NCBI RefSeq assembly: GCF_036321535.1
Contig: NC_087436.1
Coordinates: forward strand, 96,164,001 to 96,228,000
Direction of reading: 5' to 3'
Source: Camelus dromedarius
Taxonomy: Eukaryota
DNA: 64,000 bases
Shown here: positions 26,490-37,960 of the stretch, piece by piece
Numbering within the stretch: position 1 is the stretch's first letter
How the letters are laid out: the number at the start of each line of letters is the position of its first letter
The notes under the pieces: generated by a model
The model's database searches: none
Told to the model about the DNA's origin: nothing
Seen by the model: only the letters and a program-made list of their open reading frames with translations
Translations under genes and position numbers: made by a program

Positions 26490-27295
26490 TCAATTTGATT
26501 CCTGGATATTTACACAAGAGGCATGGAAATCTGTATCACATAAAAGACTTGTCCAAGAGTATGAAGAGCAGGTTTATTCATAGTAGTCCCAAATTGGAAA
26601 TAACACAGATAGCCATCAACAATATAATACACTGTGGTATAGCCATACAATGAAATACTACTGAGCAATAAAAAAGAATGAACTGCTGATATATGTGACA
26701 GTTTGGATGAAACTCAAAAATAAGCTGAGTAACAGCAGCCTTATGCAACAGAGAACATACATTCTTACAAACTGTATGACCCATTTAAATAAGTTTTAAA
26801 TAGGCTAAATTAATTTATGGTGACTTTTAAAAAATCAGAATAATGACTGACTCCATGAGAGTGGCAGACGAGAATTGATTGGGAAAGGGCTTGGGAAATT
26901 TTCCTGGGGTGATAATATTCTCTATTAATCTTAATGGGGAGTTGGGTTATACAGTTGTACACAGTTGCTGAAACTCACCAAATCATACGCTTGGATGCGT
27001 GCATTTCACTGCCTGTAAATTATACCAGAGGAAGGGGAGAGGGAGAGAAGGGGGAAAGGTGAAGAAGAGAAAGAGAGCCGCAAATAAAAACTGAACTCAC
27101 AGTAAACATTTTAAAATGTTCAAGATGAAGCAATGTCTGCAACAGACCCTGAGATGCAGCTTAAAGAAACAGGGATTGATGGATAGCCAGGTGGTTAGAT
27201 ATGCGATAAAGACGCAAAATGTTAATTGTAGATTCTAGACAGTGAGATGTACAATTCTTTCAACTTTTCTATAGCTGTAAACTTTTCATACCAAA
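26490..27295 (+). mobile_element. L1ME-like 3' end
   Basis: tttattcatagtagtcccaaattggaaa...catacaatgaaatactactgagcaataaaaaagaatgaactgctgata...tacaattctttcaacttttct. Confidence 0.8.
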
Positions 27296-29805
27296 GAAAG
27301 TGAGTGTATCTCTTTTTGCCTTTTTGAAGTATTTCATTAACCTTGGAGGAGAAGGAGGAGGAGAAGAAAGCTACTTCAAAACAGGCAAAGCATTTCATAC
27401 GGTTGTTGCCCTATTTTGATAACTGAAACCTAAAAGTCATACATATCATTTCTGTTCCAGTAATAACAATCAATCACTACTACATTGTCACCACGACCTG
27501 GGGACCGCTGGGGCTGCCCCAGGCACTGTGCTAATTACCTTATATATGTCATTCTCACAGAGAAATAGTAATGGTTTTCTTTACTGTTTAACAAAAAGCT
27601 CTAGGCTGAGTCACACCTTCAGAACTTCCAGACAGCCAGGAACTAGAACAGATTTCCAAGAGGCGGTTCAAGGAGATGTCCGTGATGGTGGCTGTTTTTA
27701 GTAGAATGCATTATTTAGATACGTTACGAAGGTGCAGGACCGTCCATGTGTGTGTGTTTGGGGTAATGAGATGAAATGGGAAAAGGGAAATATATTTGAG
27801 AAGGAAGATACATTATAAGTCATAAAAAGGAACAGTAACTAATCTAATTTCTGTAGAGAGAGAAACCTTGTTCCTTTTCTCTTTTTTTCTTAAGCTCATA
27901 CCCAATGCCGTATGATACTGCCACCTGGCAAAGGGGTATGACAAAGAATTTGGCACCTCCAGCTCTTTTCTAATCTCCCTTTCTCAATAAACCTTTGACA
28001 AAGGTCAGGCGTTTGAAAGGTTGGGTTTTTCCTTGTTTGGTCTAAGTGTTTCCTGCTCAGCAGAATGATGAAATGTCAATAAATAAGTGGTTTCAGTGAA
28101 GCTTTTTGGAATACATTTCCCTAAAGGCTGCTTGGTGGCGTGCCTGGGATTGATTTGGTTTTGTGCGAAACTAGGAGGTAAACAATGTAATTACCAGGCT
28201 TCCTAGTCCCTGCGGTTCCTGATACCTGCAGAGCCACGCATGTGAGAGGAGGGTAGGGCTAAAATATCTTCACCTAAAACCAGGAGTCGAGCTTTGAACT
28301 TCAACTTAGACTGACAAGATGCCAAGTTGTTAAAGTGGCAGAAGCCAGATTTGAACTCAAGAGATCTCAGGAGCCCTGGGGCAACTTTGCCAGCACTACA
28401 AAGAATCTATACATTAGGTAATATCTACCAGGGAGAAAAAAAAGATAGCAAGCAAGCCTTGAATAAAGATGTATCAGTTTCTGATTAATTTTATTGTGGA
28501 GAGAAGCCATAATTCAAATGTGATTCACAAAACAGTATCTTACAGTACTTGTCTGTGTACAGGGGGAACGTATCGAAACTGGATTAGCTATGGCAACCCC
28601 ACGTGGAACAAGTTCAGGGAGATCTGTTCGGTTCACCTTATTTGCACGGGCACCCCCGTGCAGTCATTAGGGAGAGAAGAGTGGTTTTCCGTAAAGCCAG
28701 GTCCAACCATCTCTTCCTGGAAGTAGCTGACCGATGTGCAGACCAAGCATTTTTTGCCTGTTTCGTTGGAATAATACGGTGGATGTGTTTCATACAATGA
28801 CTCAGTCAGTGGTACTCAGATTCCAAAAAGCAGCAGACAGACTTTGAGACTTAAGAGGATTGAGGAGGGAAAAAAAAAAAATCCTGGCTCCTTCCTTAAT
28901 ATAAAGTATCCACAATCAGCAAATCAGCAGGCAGTTTTCATTGGTTTGTGACTCATTTGGGACCTAATTCCAACAAAGATGATGTGATGACATTTAAAAG
29001 CTTGGCTGAAATTAGAAACATAGGAAAACTGAAGGTGACTTTGGTGGAGAATATAGAATATAAGATAACATGCAAAATAATAAAAAATATTCACTCTGTG
29101 GGTGGGTTTTATGAATTGCTGCTTCAATGCACCCATACTGTTTTGACCATCTCACTACTCTTGCCAGTCTGATGGTGAGAGATGAGTGATAGTCTCAACG
29201 TTTACATGCACAGCGGTTTTGTTTTTCAAAGGTAGAACGATCTATCTACATAATCTTCTCGGCCATTCTCCCAGGAAAAGAAAGAGAGAAAAGCTGAATG
29301 ACTTGCCTTCTGAGCAGAGAGCGAAGGCAGATTTTGAACTTTAGTTCCCAGGCATCTGACATACTGCTTGTGGCCCACCCCGCATTTAAGAGTCCTGGAT
29401 CCCGACTGCGTGGTGCAGGGGCATGGAGCAGACCGGTGTTCACCTGGGCTCAGGTGCTCTGCTGCTTCAAGGTGAAATGCTGGTTTCACCTGGTTTGAAG
29501 AAAAATCCAGAAGCATTCTCTTCCCTCCAGTAACATCTTCCTTTCTGATATCTTGAGTATGGGGTTGATCAGAAGGATACCGTTTGTTGCATTTTTTTCT
29601 TACCCTTTGTTGTTCTTTTATAGGGTTACAAATAAGAAATCTGAGTAAGAAACAAAAATCTTGCCACAGCACATTGTGGGACTTCTCCATGGAGGGTGCT
29701 GACAATGGGGATGTGTCAGGATGAGCACAGAGCTTGGATGTGATGCAGGCTGTGGATGCTCACTGGCGGCACCAGCTCTAGAAGAGAAGTTTACACTTCT
29801 GGGGT

Positions 29806-30157
29806 TGTTCCAGGCTAAACCGTGTCCCTAACCCACAGCACCTCAGAACAGCGCTGTATTCGGAGAGAGCCCCTTTAAAGAGGTAATTAAGGTAAAATGA
29901 GGTCGTCAGGCTGAGCCCTCATCCAATCTGACCGGTGTCTTTAGTAGAAGAGACTAGGACACAGAGACAACACAGACGGTGGGATGACCATGTGAAGAGG
30001 CAGCCAGGAGAGAGGCCTCAGGAGAAACCAAACCTGCAGACACCTTGACCTTGGACTTCCAGCCTCCAGAACTGTGAGAAAACAAATGTCTGTTGCTGAA
30101 ACCCTCCAGTTTGTGGTCTGTGTTCTTTTGTCATGGCAGCGCTAGCAGTCTAATACA
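29806..30157 (+). mobile_element. MLT1B-like solo LTR with perfect 5-bp TSD
   Basis: TG...CA termini; caccttgaccttggacttccagcctccagaactgtgagaaaa; TSD GGGGT at 29801-29805 and 30158-30162. Confidence 0.9.
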
Positions 30158-30229
30158 GGGGTTTAAAAAAATGTGAAGAATATTTGGAATTGTTCAAAGT
30201 CCAAGGGCCTACTTAGGCTAACTCAGAGT

Positions 30230-31150
30230 TGTCTGAAGTGTGTTCCCAGAAGTTAGAAACTGCTACCAGAAAAGGAAAAATGAATATGGGAAATGCTAGA
30301 TGAGAGAGTCAGCCAAGTTTCTTTGCTGTAGAACTTCTCAGAGCATTTAATGTGCTGAGGTACATATTATTAGTACAACTCAGAAGATCTGTGAGTCTTC
30401 CTTGACACCTCTCTTTCCCTCACTTTTCATTTCCAATCCATGGCCGATTCCTGATGACTTTGTCTTTTAGATATTTCTTGAACTGGATCACTTCTATCTG
30501 AACTCTCATGAGACCTAGGCTGTACCAATGTGGCCTGACAATTCCATTCTCTAAATATTTTTTGAATTAGTTCACTTCTCTCTGCGGCACTGCCATCAAA
30601 ACCTGGACCAAATGACCCAGGTCTCTTGCCTAGTCCACTGCAAACCTTTGTGACGGGTCTGCCCACACCCACTGGGTGCTCTCTCGGCAGCTGTCCACAG
30701 CACAGCTGTAGGGATCTTTCCAAAGCACAGGCTGGATATGCCAGCTCCCTGATGGTAAACACGTTTCAGTAGCTTCTCACTGTTCTTAAAGTGAGAAGAC
30801 AAAACTCCTACCCATTCCTACAAGCCTGTCTTGAGCCATCTTCCTCCCCGGGCCCCATCTCCACAGGTTTTCTTTCAGCCCCTTTGCTCGTGCTTGCCCC
30901 TTCTTCCTGGTTAACCGTTCTGATCTTCCTCAGAGAAGCCTTCTTTTACTTCCCTTCCGGGGTCAAACTCCTCTGCTGTTGATTTGCATTGCACTTGTCA
31001 CTACTGAAAATTTACATGTATATGATTATTTGGTTAAGACCCTAGTCGCCCTCTCCTACACTGAGAACCCTGAGTTGGAAGAACATCTTTTCTGAAATAC
31101 CCAGTTAATTAATTGATGAAGGTTTGGGGAGGACACCTGTGAAACACAAT
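30230..31150. mobile_element. MER103C-like hAT fragment(s) flanking an L2 fragment (~30390-31080, + strand)
   Basis: gtttctttgctgtagaacttctcagagcatttaatgtgct (MER103-like); ccttgacacctctctttccctcac...ccaatcc...gggatctttccaaagcac (L2-like). Confidence 0.55.
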
Positions 31151-32943
31151 GTGAAAAATTCTTAGGAAGAAAGACAATGAACAGGGTTCAAAGAGAAAGG
31201 CGTTCGGTCCTTAGAAACAGGCAGTTGTTTGCTGTAGCTTAGCATCCTTTGAAATACATAGCCCATCTGAAATGTTGCATATGGGAAAAATACGATACTG
31301 GGTCTAAGTTCTAGAAATAAACATGGGTGTTGAACTTAAAAAACCCCACAACTTTTGATTCTGAAAATTCTCAAACTGACAGAAGACATGAGAGACCAGT
31401 ACAATGACTAGTCACATACTTTTAAGCAACCTGTTTAGTGAACAGATTTCGCTCCAAAAAAGCTGCTCTTTTCTGTGTAGTCAGTGTAATTGTGACGGTG
31501 CCTTCGGAAAGATATGTCTACATAATTAGATCACAATGCCCATATTTCAGGAAGGCCAGACATGCCTGCTGGCAAATAATTAATCAAAAAATATTTAGGG
31601 CTCGATCTTAAATAAGGGACTGTGGGAGATTAAAATGACATTTATGGGACAGGCTTTTAAAAAATTTACAACCATTTGAGAAAACAAAACACTTTCAAGG
31701 GAAAGAATAACCAGCAATAAAAATAACTGATAAATGTTAACTGAGGGGGAGGCAGAAAGCCCTGAGAGCATTAAGAGTTAATGTGAGCATTAAGTGTTAG
31801 CATAAGAGCATTAAATAGTTAACTGTTTCCAGTTATGCTTCTTCATAGAAATGGATTCCCAATGGAAAGTAGCACATCCTGTTCTCGATTAATTTCCTTG
31901 TTCTAAAAGATCAATTTGGGAAAATAATTTTATAAGGCAAATTGTAAATAAGAACATCTTTCCCTTGTGAGCACACATGAGTGTAAGAGGTCTGATTCCC
32001 TATCTAAGCAATATTTACTATTATTTTAGCTCTTTACCAGGACAATCCAAAGCTCAGGGAAGTATTTGTTCCCTTCAGGGCCAACCTTAATTTGGTGGAC
32101 TTAAGCCAAATAATTAATGCATTTTTTTTCCCTGACAAAGAATAGGCTACTATATTCATCTGATGTATTAGGTCAGCCTCACATGAACACCTGGTTTGGG
32201 GAGGGTGCGATTCCCACTGCACTGGGCCCCAGGTCTAGCGATCCAGGCAGCACTTCCCTCATAACCTTTTCTTTCTAGAGGCCCCTGTGTAGGTCTAGAG
32301 AAATCACAACTGGGCACATAATGAATAAGATTATGACCTGGGACACACGTGACAGGGAGAGGGAGACCACTGATGGCAGGGCAAAGCAAGCGGGGGTGTG
32401 TTTTTAAATTAATACGAGGTGTTAACTGCATTTTAGCACTATCTAACCTAGACTAGACTAGAAACCTGCTTTTAGAAAGATGAGCCCTTCAGGTCCACGT
32501 GATCATTTCAGAGAAAGTCTGTCAAAATGAAGGTTACCTATGTATTTGGTGTGAGACTTGGTTCTCTAAAACCTAAATTCTAGACCAGATTTTCCAACCT
32601 GGAAAGGAGTCAGGAAGGTATAGTGCTCTTAGAGGCACAGGATTACCTGTGTTGTTTAATTTATGCCTTGAACTTATACTTTTCTGAGCTTTTCCCACTG
32701 TGTATGTGTTAATTTTACAATCAGGAAAAACACAATAAAGCTATCAAACAAAGATCAGAGCTGAAGCTTCATATTTTCACACATGGGAGAACTGCTGCCG
32801 TGAGCAAGGAAGAGTCTCAAAAGCTAAAGGCCATGGATGTGGGGACACACCTCTGATGGGGTAATTAACAGACGTCCACTGACACCGTGTGTAACAACTT
32901 CAGAGGTTCATTAATTAGAAGTCCATCACTTTACTACTTTCTA

Positions 32944-33632
32944 AGTTTTATTGAGATATAATTGACATACCTTACTTTTACCCACATTAAGTGTACAATT
33001 CAGTGGTTTTTAGTATATTCATAGGGTTGTACACAATCAATTTTAGAACAGTTTTATCACCCTCAAAAGAAACCGTGTACCTTTTAGGCAAGAACGCCCG
33101 ATCCCCCATCCTACTCAGTGACAGGCAATCACCAATATACTTTCTGTCTACGTATTTCTCTATTCTGGACCATTCATATAAACAGAATCACACAATACGT
33201 GGCCTTTTGTGTCTGGCTTCTTGCACTTTCTGTGATATTTTCCAGGTTTATCCACGCTGCAGCATATATCAGTATTTCTTTCCTTCCTCTGGCCATACAG
33301 TAGTGTCCTGTGGGTATGCACCGTATTCTGTTTGTCTACGGGGACACTTTCTGGCCACCATGAATAATGCTGTTATGAACACTCATATAATTTTCTGTGT
33401 GGACACATGTTTTCATTCTTTTTGAGCATATATCTGGGACTGTACTGCCGGCTAATATAGTGGTTCTAGGTTTAACCTTTTAACAAACCGCCACACTGTT
33501 TTACACAGCGGATGCACCACTTCACACCCCGCCCCCTGCCCCCGGCAGCGTGTGAGGGTTCCAGGTTCTCCATATCCCTTCCGTCACTCGATACTGCCAC
33601 CTTTCTGATTACAGCCATTCTAGTGGGTGGCT
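32944..33632 (-). mobile_element. L1MB-like 3' end
   Basis: ttttattgagatataattgacatac...aagtgtacaattcagtggtttttagtatattca...gattacagccattctagtgggtg. Confidence 0.88.
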
Positions 33633-35357
33633 GTCATGAAGTGATGCACTTAATTATTTTTAACACGTGTTTTTAAGATTTGTTTTCTGATGACAGAAGT
33701 CATGCAAGTTAACATACAGAATTTCCTCACTTGTGTGCACTGATTTGATTCTTAGCTTCCAGGTCAAGAGCCATCCCATCATTGCATCAGCAGTTATTGT
33801 CCCTATTTAACAAAGAAATGGAGGCTCACAGAGGTGAAGCTCCAGCGCTGGGATTTGAACCCAGCTGTGTCTAAAAGCTTATGCTTTCACCACAGCGTCA
33901 TCCTGTTGCAGTGGCTTCTACGTGCACATATAAACCCATGAGGATCAAGTTACAGAAGTAACCAAACTTTCTGAATTTAAAGCACCTGGTGAGGATGAGT
34001 AAGATGCTGAAGGACATGTCTTTTGCATCATAGCAACAGGTCACAGGTTATCTGTTGAGAGATTAAGGAACAGGGAAGTGATTTCTGAGACTACAGAGCA
34101 ATTTAAAGAAGACCTGAAATGAAGCAGTCTCATGTCACTGGGTAAATTATTGTCTTTCTTAGCCTACCTGGAAGATGAGAACATTAATCATCCTAGGGTT
34201 ATGGTGGTAAATAGCATCGAAATATGTGCTAAATGTACTTACCTTTTGGTCTGTGCACTCGAGAGGCCGAGGCCAGGTACCCTTGAATCACTGCATCCTC
34301 TGAATGAGGCCAGAGAGATGATTCAATTTTGCAATTATTTTCACTTTACACAAAGTTGTTCCTTTTTTTAACTCCTTGTAGTTAAAAAAATGATTTTGCA
34401 GCAATAAAAATTATTTTGAAGATTGGCCACTATCACAAGCAGTTCCAGAAATTAACATCCCTCAGGCTCTAGTTAAACATTATTGGTAAAAAGTTCCCAC
34501 TCACCACAACCTCTTTCTAGAAATCTATTCCATGGCATGACATATGTAATTATTGTATCTTTATCTAGGCTCCTTCCAATTTTCAAATTTATATATATGA
34601 CTCAAGTAAATAGAAGACCTTAGGGAACTGATCTTCTAAATAACTAATTCATAAGCATTGCTAAAAGTGGTATATTTTTACACAAAAGTTCCTGAAAAGA
34701 AACTAGGCAGAAGTTCCTCCAACCTCAAGAACATTAACCAAAAAAACCCCCCAAAAAACCCAAAAAACAAAAAATAGCATATTAGTTTTGGGTGGGACAG
34801 AGTTAATACACGAATGAGAAATAGAGACTCAAATGCATGTTCATTATTTTTAAAATGTTTATTTTGAGCAAAGGATCTTGTAATCTCAACCTTTAATGTG
34901 TACTTGGCAGCCTGTACTAAAATGGCTTATTCTCCACGGGGGAGGGGGCGTGGCCACGGGTGGGGTGGATGCGGGAGAGACAGCAGTTCTGCTTTTTCTG
35001 CTCTTACTAATTTTGTACTAGGGTTGAGGTGCGCAGCGGGAAAGAAGAGCACTGTTTCTATGAACTGTGCAAAGGAGAGGGAAGGAGGAAATCTGAGGAT
35101 GATTTCCCAATTTCTTTTCTTAAAAGGCACTCTTGTGGCTGCATTTTCCCCTCAACCCAATGTTTTGTGTCCAGTTGGGCTGAAACATATCCTTTCTGGT
35201 CTGGCAGAACATGGAAAGATCAAGGAGTTTTCCTAAACCAGCGGAAGTTCAGGCAGGAGAGTTGGGAGAACTGCTTCAGTTGATGTTTCTACAACAAGCG
35301 ATAGTATTGATCTTTCAAGTTATTAAGCTTGGGTACTTTGATCTGTCTAAAAAGGTA

Positions 35358-35512
35358 AGGGGTATAGCTCAGCGGTAGAGTGTGTGCTCAGCGTGTAAGA
35401 GGTCATGGGTTCAATTCCCAGTGCCTCCATTGGAAAAAAAAAATCTAATTACCCTCCCCCCAGCCCCCCCAAAACCAAGCCCCCCCCAAGAAAAAAACAA
35501 GAAAAAAAATAA
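35358..35512 (+). mobile_element. Vic-1-type camelid SINE
   Basis: GGGGTATAGCTCAGCGGTAGAGTGTGTGCTCAGCGTGTAAGAGGTCATGGGTTCAATTCCCAGTGCCTCC then ctaattaccctccccc and A-rich tail. Confidence 0.88.
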
Positions 35513-35679
35513 ATTGGTAGTGAGTTTTCATAACGAAATGAAAAAAAAAAAAAGACTAAATGGTGATAAACTAAATTCTGAGTTTCTAAGTATCGCTTGA
35601 CCTTCATCAGCAATGTTACTACATAAAAATCAGTTCAGGGAAACCTAACGTGAAAGCAGCTCTGCTGAGGTGAGGTCCG

Positions 35680-35870
35680 CTGGCTAAGAGAGTGTGCTCT
35701 GCAGCCACTCAAAACTCAACTGCGCCCCGGCTCTGGCCCTGTCACTTACTAGGTCCGTCATCTTGAACACAGCCTGACCCCTCTGAGCCCAGCCCTGTAA
35801 GTCAGATGATGTGTATAAACCACCTGAAGTGCCTGGCACACAGGAGGTGCTCAGTAAACGTTAGCTGTTC
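35680..35870 (+). mobile_element. MIR SINE
   Basis: ggctaagagagtgtgctctgcagcc...gtgcctggcacacaggaggtgctcagtaaacgttagctg. Confidence 0.75.
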
Positions 35871-37239
35871 CTGCTCCCCTGACAGTGATTTTAAGGAATA
35901 TCAACAAGATATGGGGTTCCCCATCCACTTGTCCTAAAACAGGTCTTTACGCCAGCCCGTATTTTATTTGGCCTTCCTGTTCACAGAGTTTTTGAGTGCC
36001 TACTGTTGTCGGTGGTGGGCACTGAGGAGTCACAGGTGCCTGAGTCATAGTCCTTCATCTTGAGGGAAAGGGAAACCAGATGATGTCATCAACCAAGGTA
36101 GTAATACAGGAGGGAGAGCAAATCACTGCGGGTGGGGGTGGGGCAGTGATGAACTCAGGTTGGTCAGATGGGTTCAGTTTAAAGGGGACTGGGGATGTGC
36201 CAGTCGATTGGCCCTGTTGCAAGCAGCTGTTTTCCACGGATCTGTAGTGGCTCGGGGAGGGCAGGGTGGGAGGTACGCATTGGGTGTCATGTGCACGTGA
36301 GCCCTGAAGGGTGCACACACTCTGATACCGCCAGGGACTGACCAGGGGGCCAGGGGTGCACCAATGCCTGGGAGCAGGACAGGCCACAGGGGTTTCTGTG
36401 TGTCCCCTAGGGCCTCCAAAGTCACTACCTGCAGCTACTTAGGTTTTTAAATTTCATGTGTAAATTATTAAAATAACAAATCCAAAAATGTAATTTTCTC
36501 TTGAGTTGTGATCAATTATAAATCTTATATTCATTCTATTTAAAATCTCTCAACTTTGTTAGTTTTTTTGAGTGACTTTTCAACTTCGTTAATTAAAAGA
36601 CATTTTAAACACAATATATTGGATTTTCTAAGTTATTTCAGTTTTCTGACCAGTCAACAAACCCTTCCCTAGTACTTCATCATTTTATACACTAATAAAC
36701 TCACAAAAAAGATGAATCTTTGGTTCTCTTAGAAATTTCAATCTAATATAAAACAGCAAAATTATCTTAAAAATTTCAACTTAAAGATCCAAAGTCTAAA
36801 TCAATCCCCCAATGACATGTTTTAAATTGGAATCACAAGGCTATTCATGTTAATTATCTTAAACATGAATTGTATGTGTTTAAAATATTAAAGACAGACT
36901 TTCCCACAAACTTATCTAAAATTATTAATACTTTTGGGTTTTATTTATTCCATCATATTTGTACTTGATTCTAAATCTTCCCAGGTACCACCCTCTCACC
37001 TCTGTCCCCAAGATTCAAATTACCAGTCACCTAACTGCCAAGACTTCTTTGATTTTTCCACCTCCCACATAGGCTGCCTTGCCAACTGACCCAAATCAAT
37101 GAACCTCATCACCTTAATCCTACTCTGAATTCTCTGAGCACCCTCCCCTGATGGCAGAGTCATCACGTACGGGTGTGTATAGGACCTGCAAATGGATTCT
37201 GCCTCAGTACCTGCCCCTGACCCTGCCACTCCCGTCAGA

Positions 37240-37960
37240 CTTGATCATAGGTGGCAGGTGAATAGGAGCTGATCCTAGAAGTAGGAGAACCAAAAGGGAG
37301 AAATGTAAGAGCATAACAGGAGTCAAGGGAAAGAGGATTTCCAAAAGGAAGGCATCACCAAGACCAGTAGTTTGAAATGCAGCCGGGAAATTTATAAGGT
37401 AAGGGGATGAAACAGGCCCATTAGATTTGATGGTCACATATTTAAATTTAAGATTCGAATTTCATCAGTGAAACTTTCATGTCATGATGTGGGGAGAAAA
37501 CAAAGAGCTACGTATGGAGAGCGAGCCGGAGATGAGAAATGGAGAACAGCTTTTAAAGGCAGCAACGACTCAAGAATTCTTTAAGACTTTTTAATTAAAA
37601 ATTTTAATAAGGGAAACAGAGATGGAATGGTAGACAAAAATTGGAAGAATGTGGCTCAAAGGAAGAGGCATTTATTCTGTATTTTATTTTAGTTAAAAAA
37701 AAAGATTTGAGTGTGTTTACTGCGGAGGGAGATGACTCCTTTTGGGGGAGGGTGGGAGTGCTAAGATTCACAGTGAAAAGGCTGACCTTGAACAAGAAAG
37801 GGAACACCTTATTCTCGGAGAATGGAGGGAATGAGGAAAGGATTGATACGAGTGAGATAAGTGTATGGATGCAGGCGGGGCAGGAAGCCCGGAGAGCTCA
37901 GCCCAACTGCCTGAATCCGGCTCAGCCCGGCCAGCCTGGCGAGGACTCGGCACACAGTTC
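37240..37960 (-). mobile_element. L2 LINE fragment
   Basis: caagggaaagaggatttccaaaaggaagg...aaatgcagccgggaa...ccattagatttg; diverged antisense L2. Confidence 0.55.

Noticed and set aside
35358..35432. tRNA gene-like sequences (also 19960-20030 and 45370-45425)
   Set aside because: A/B boxes are followed by SINE body, A-rich tails and TSDs; these are tRNA-derived SINEs, not tRNA genes.
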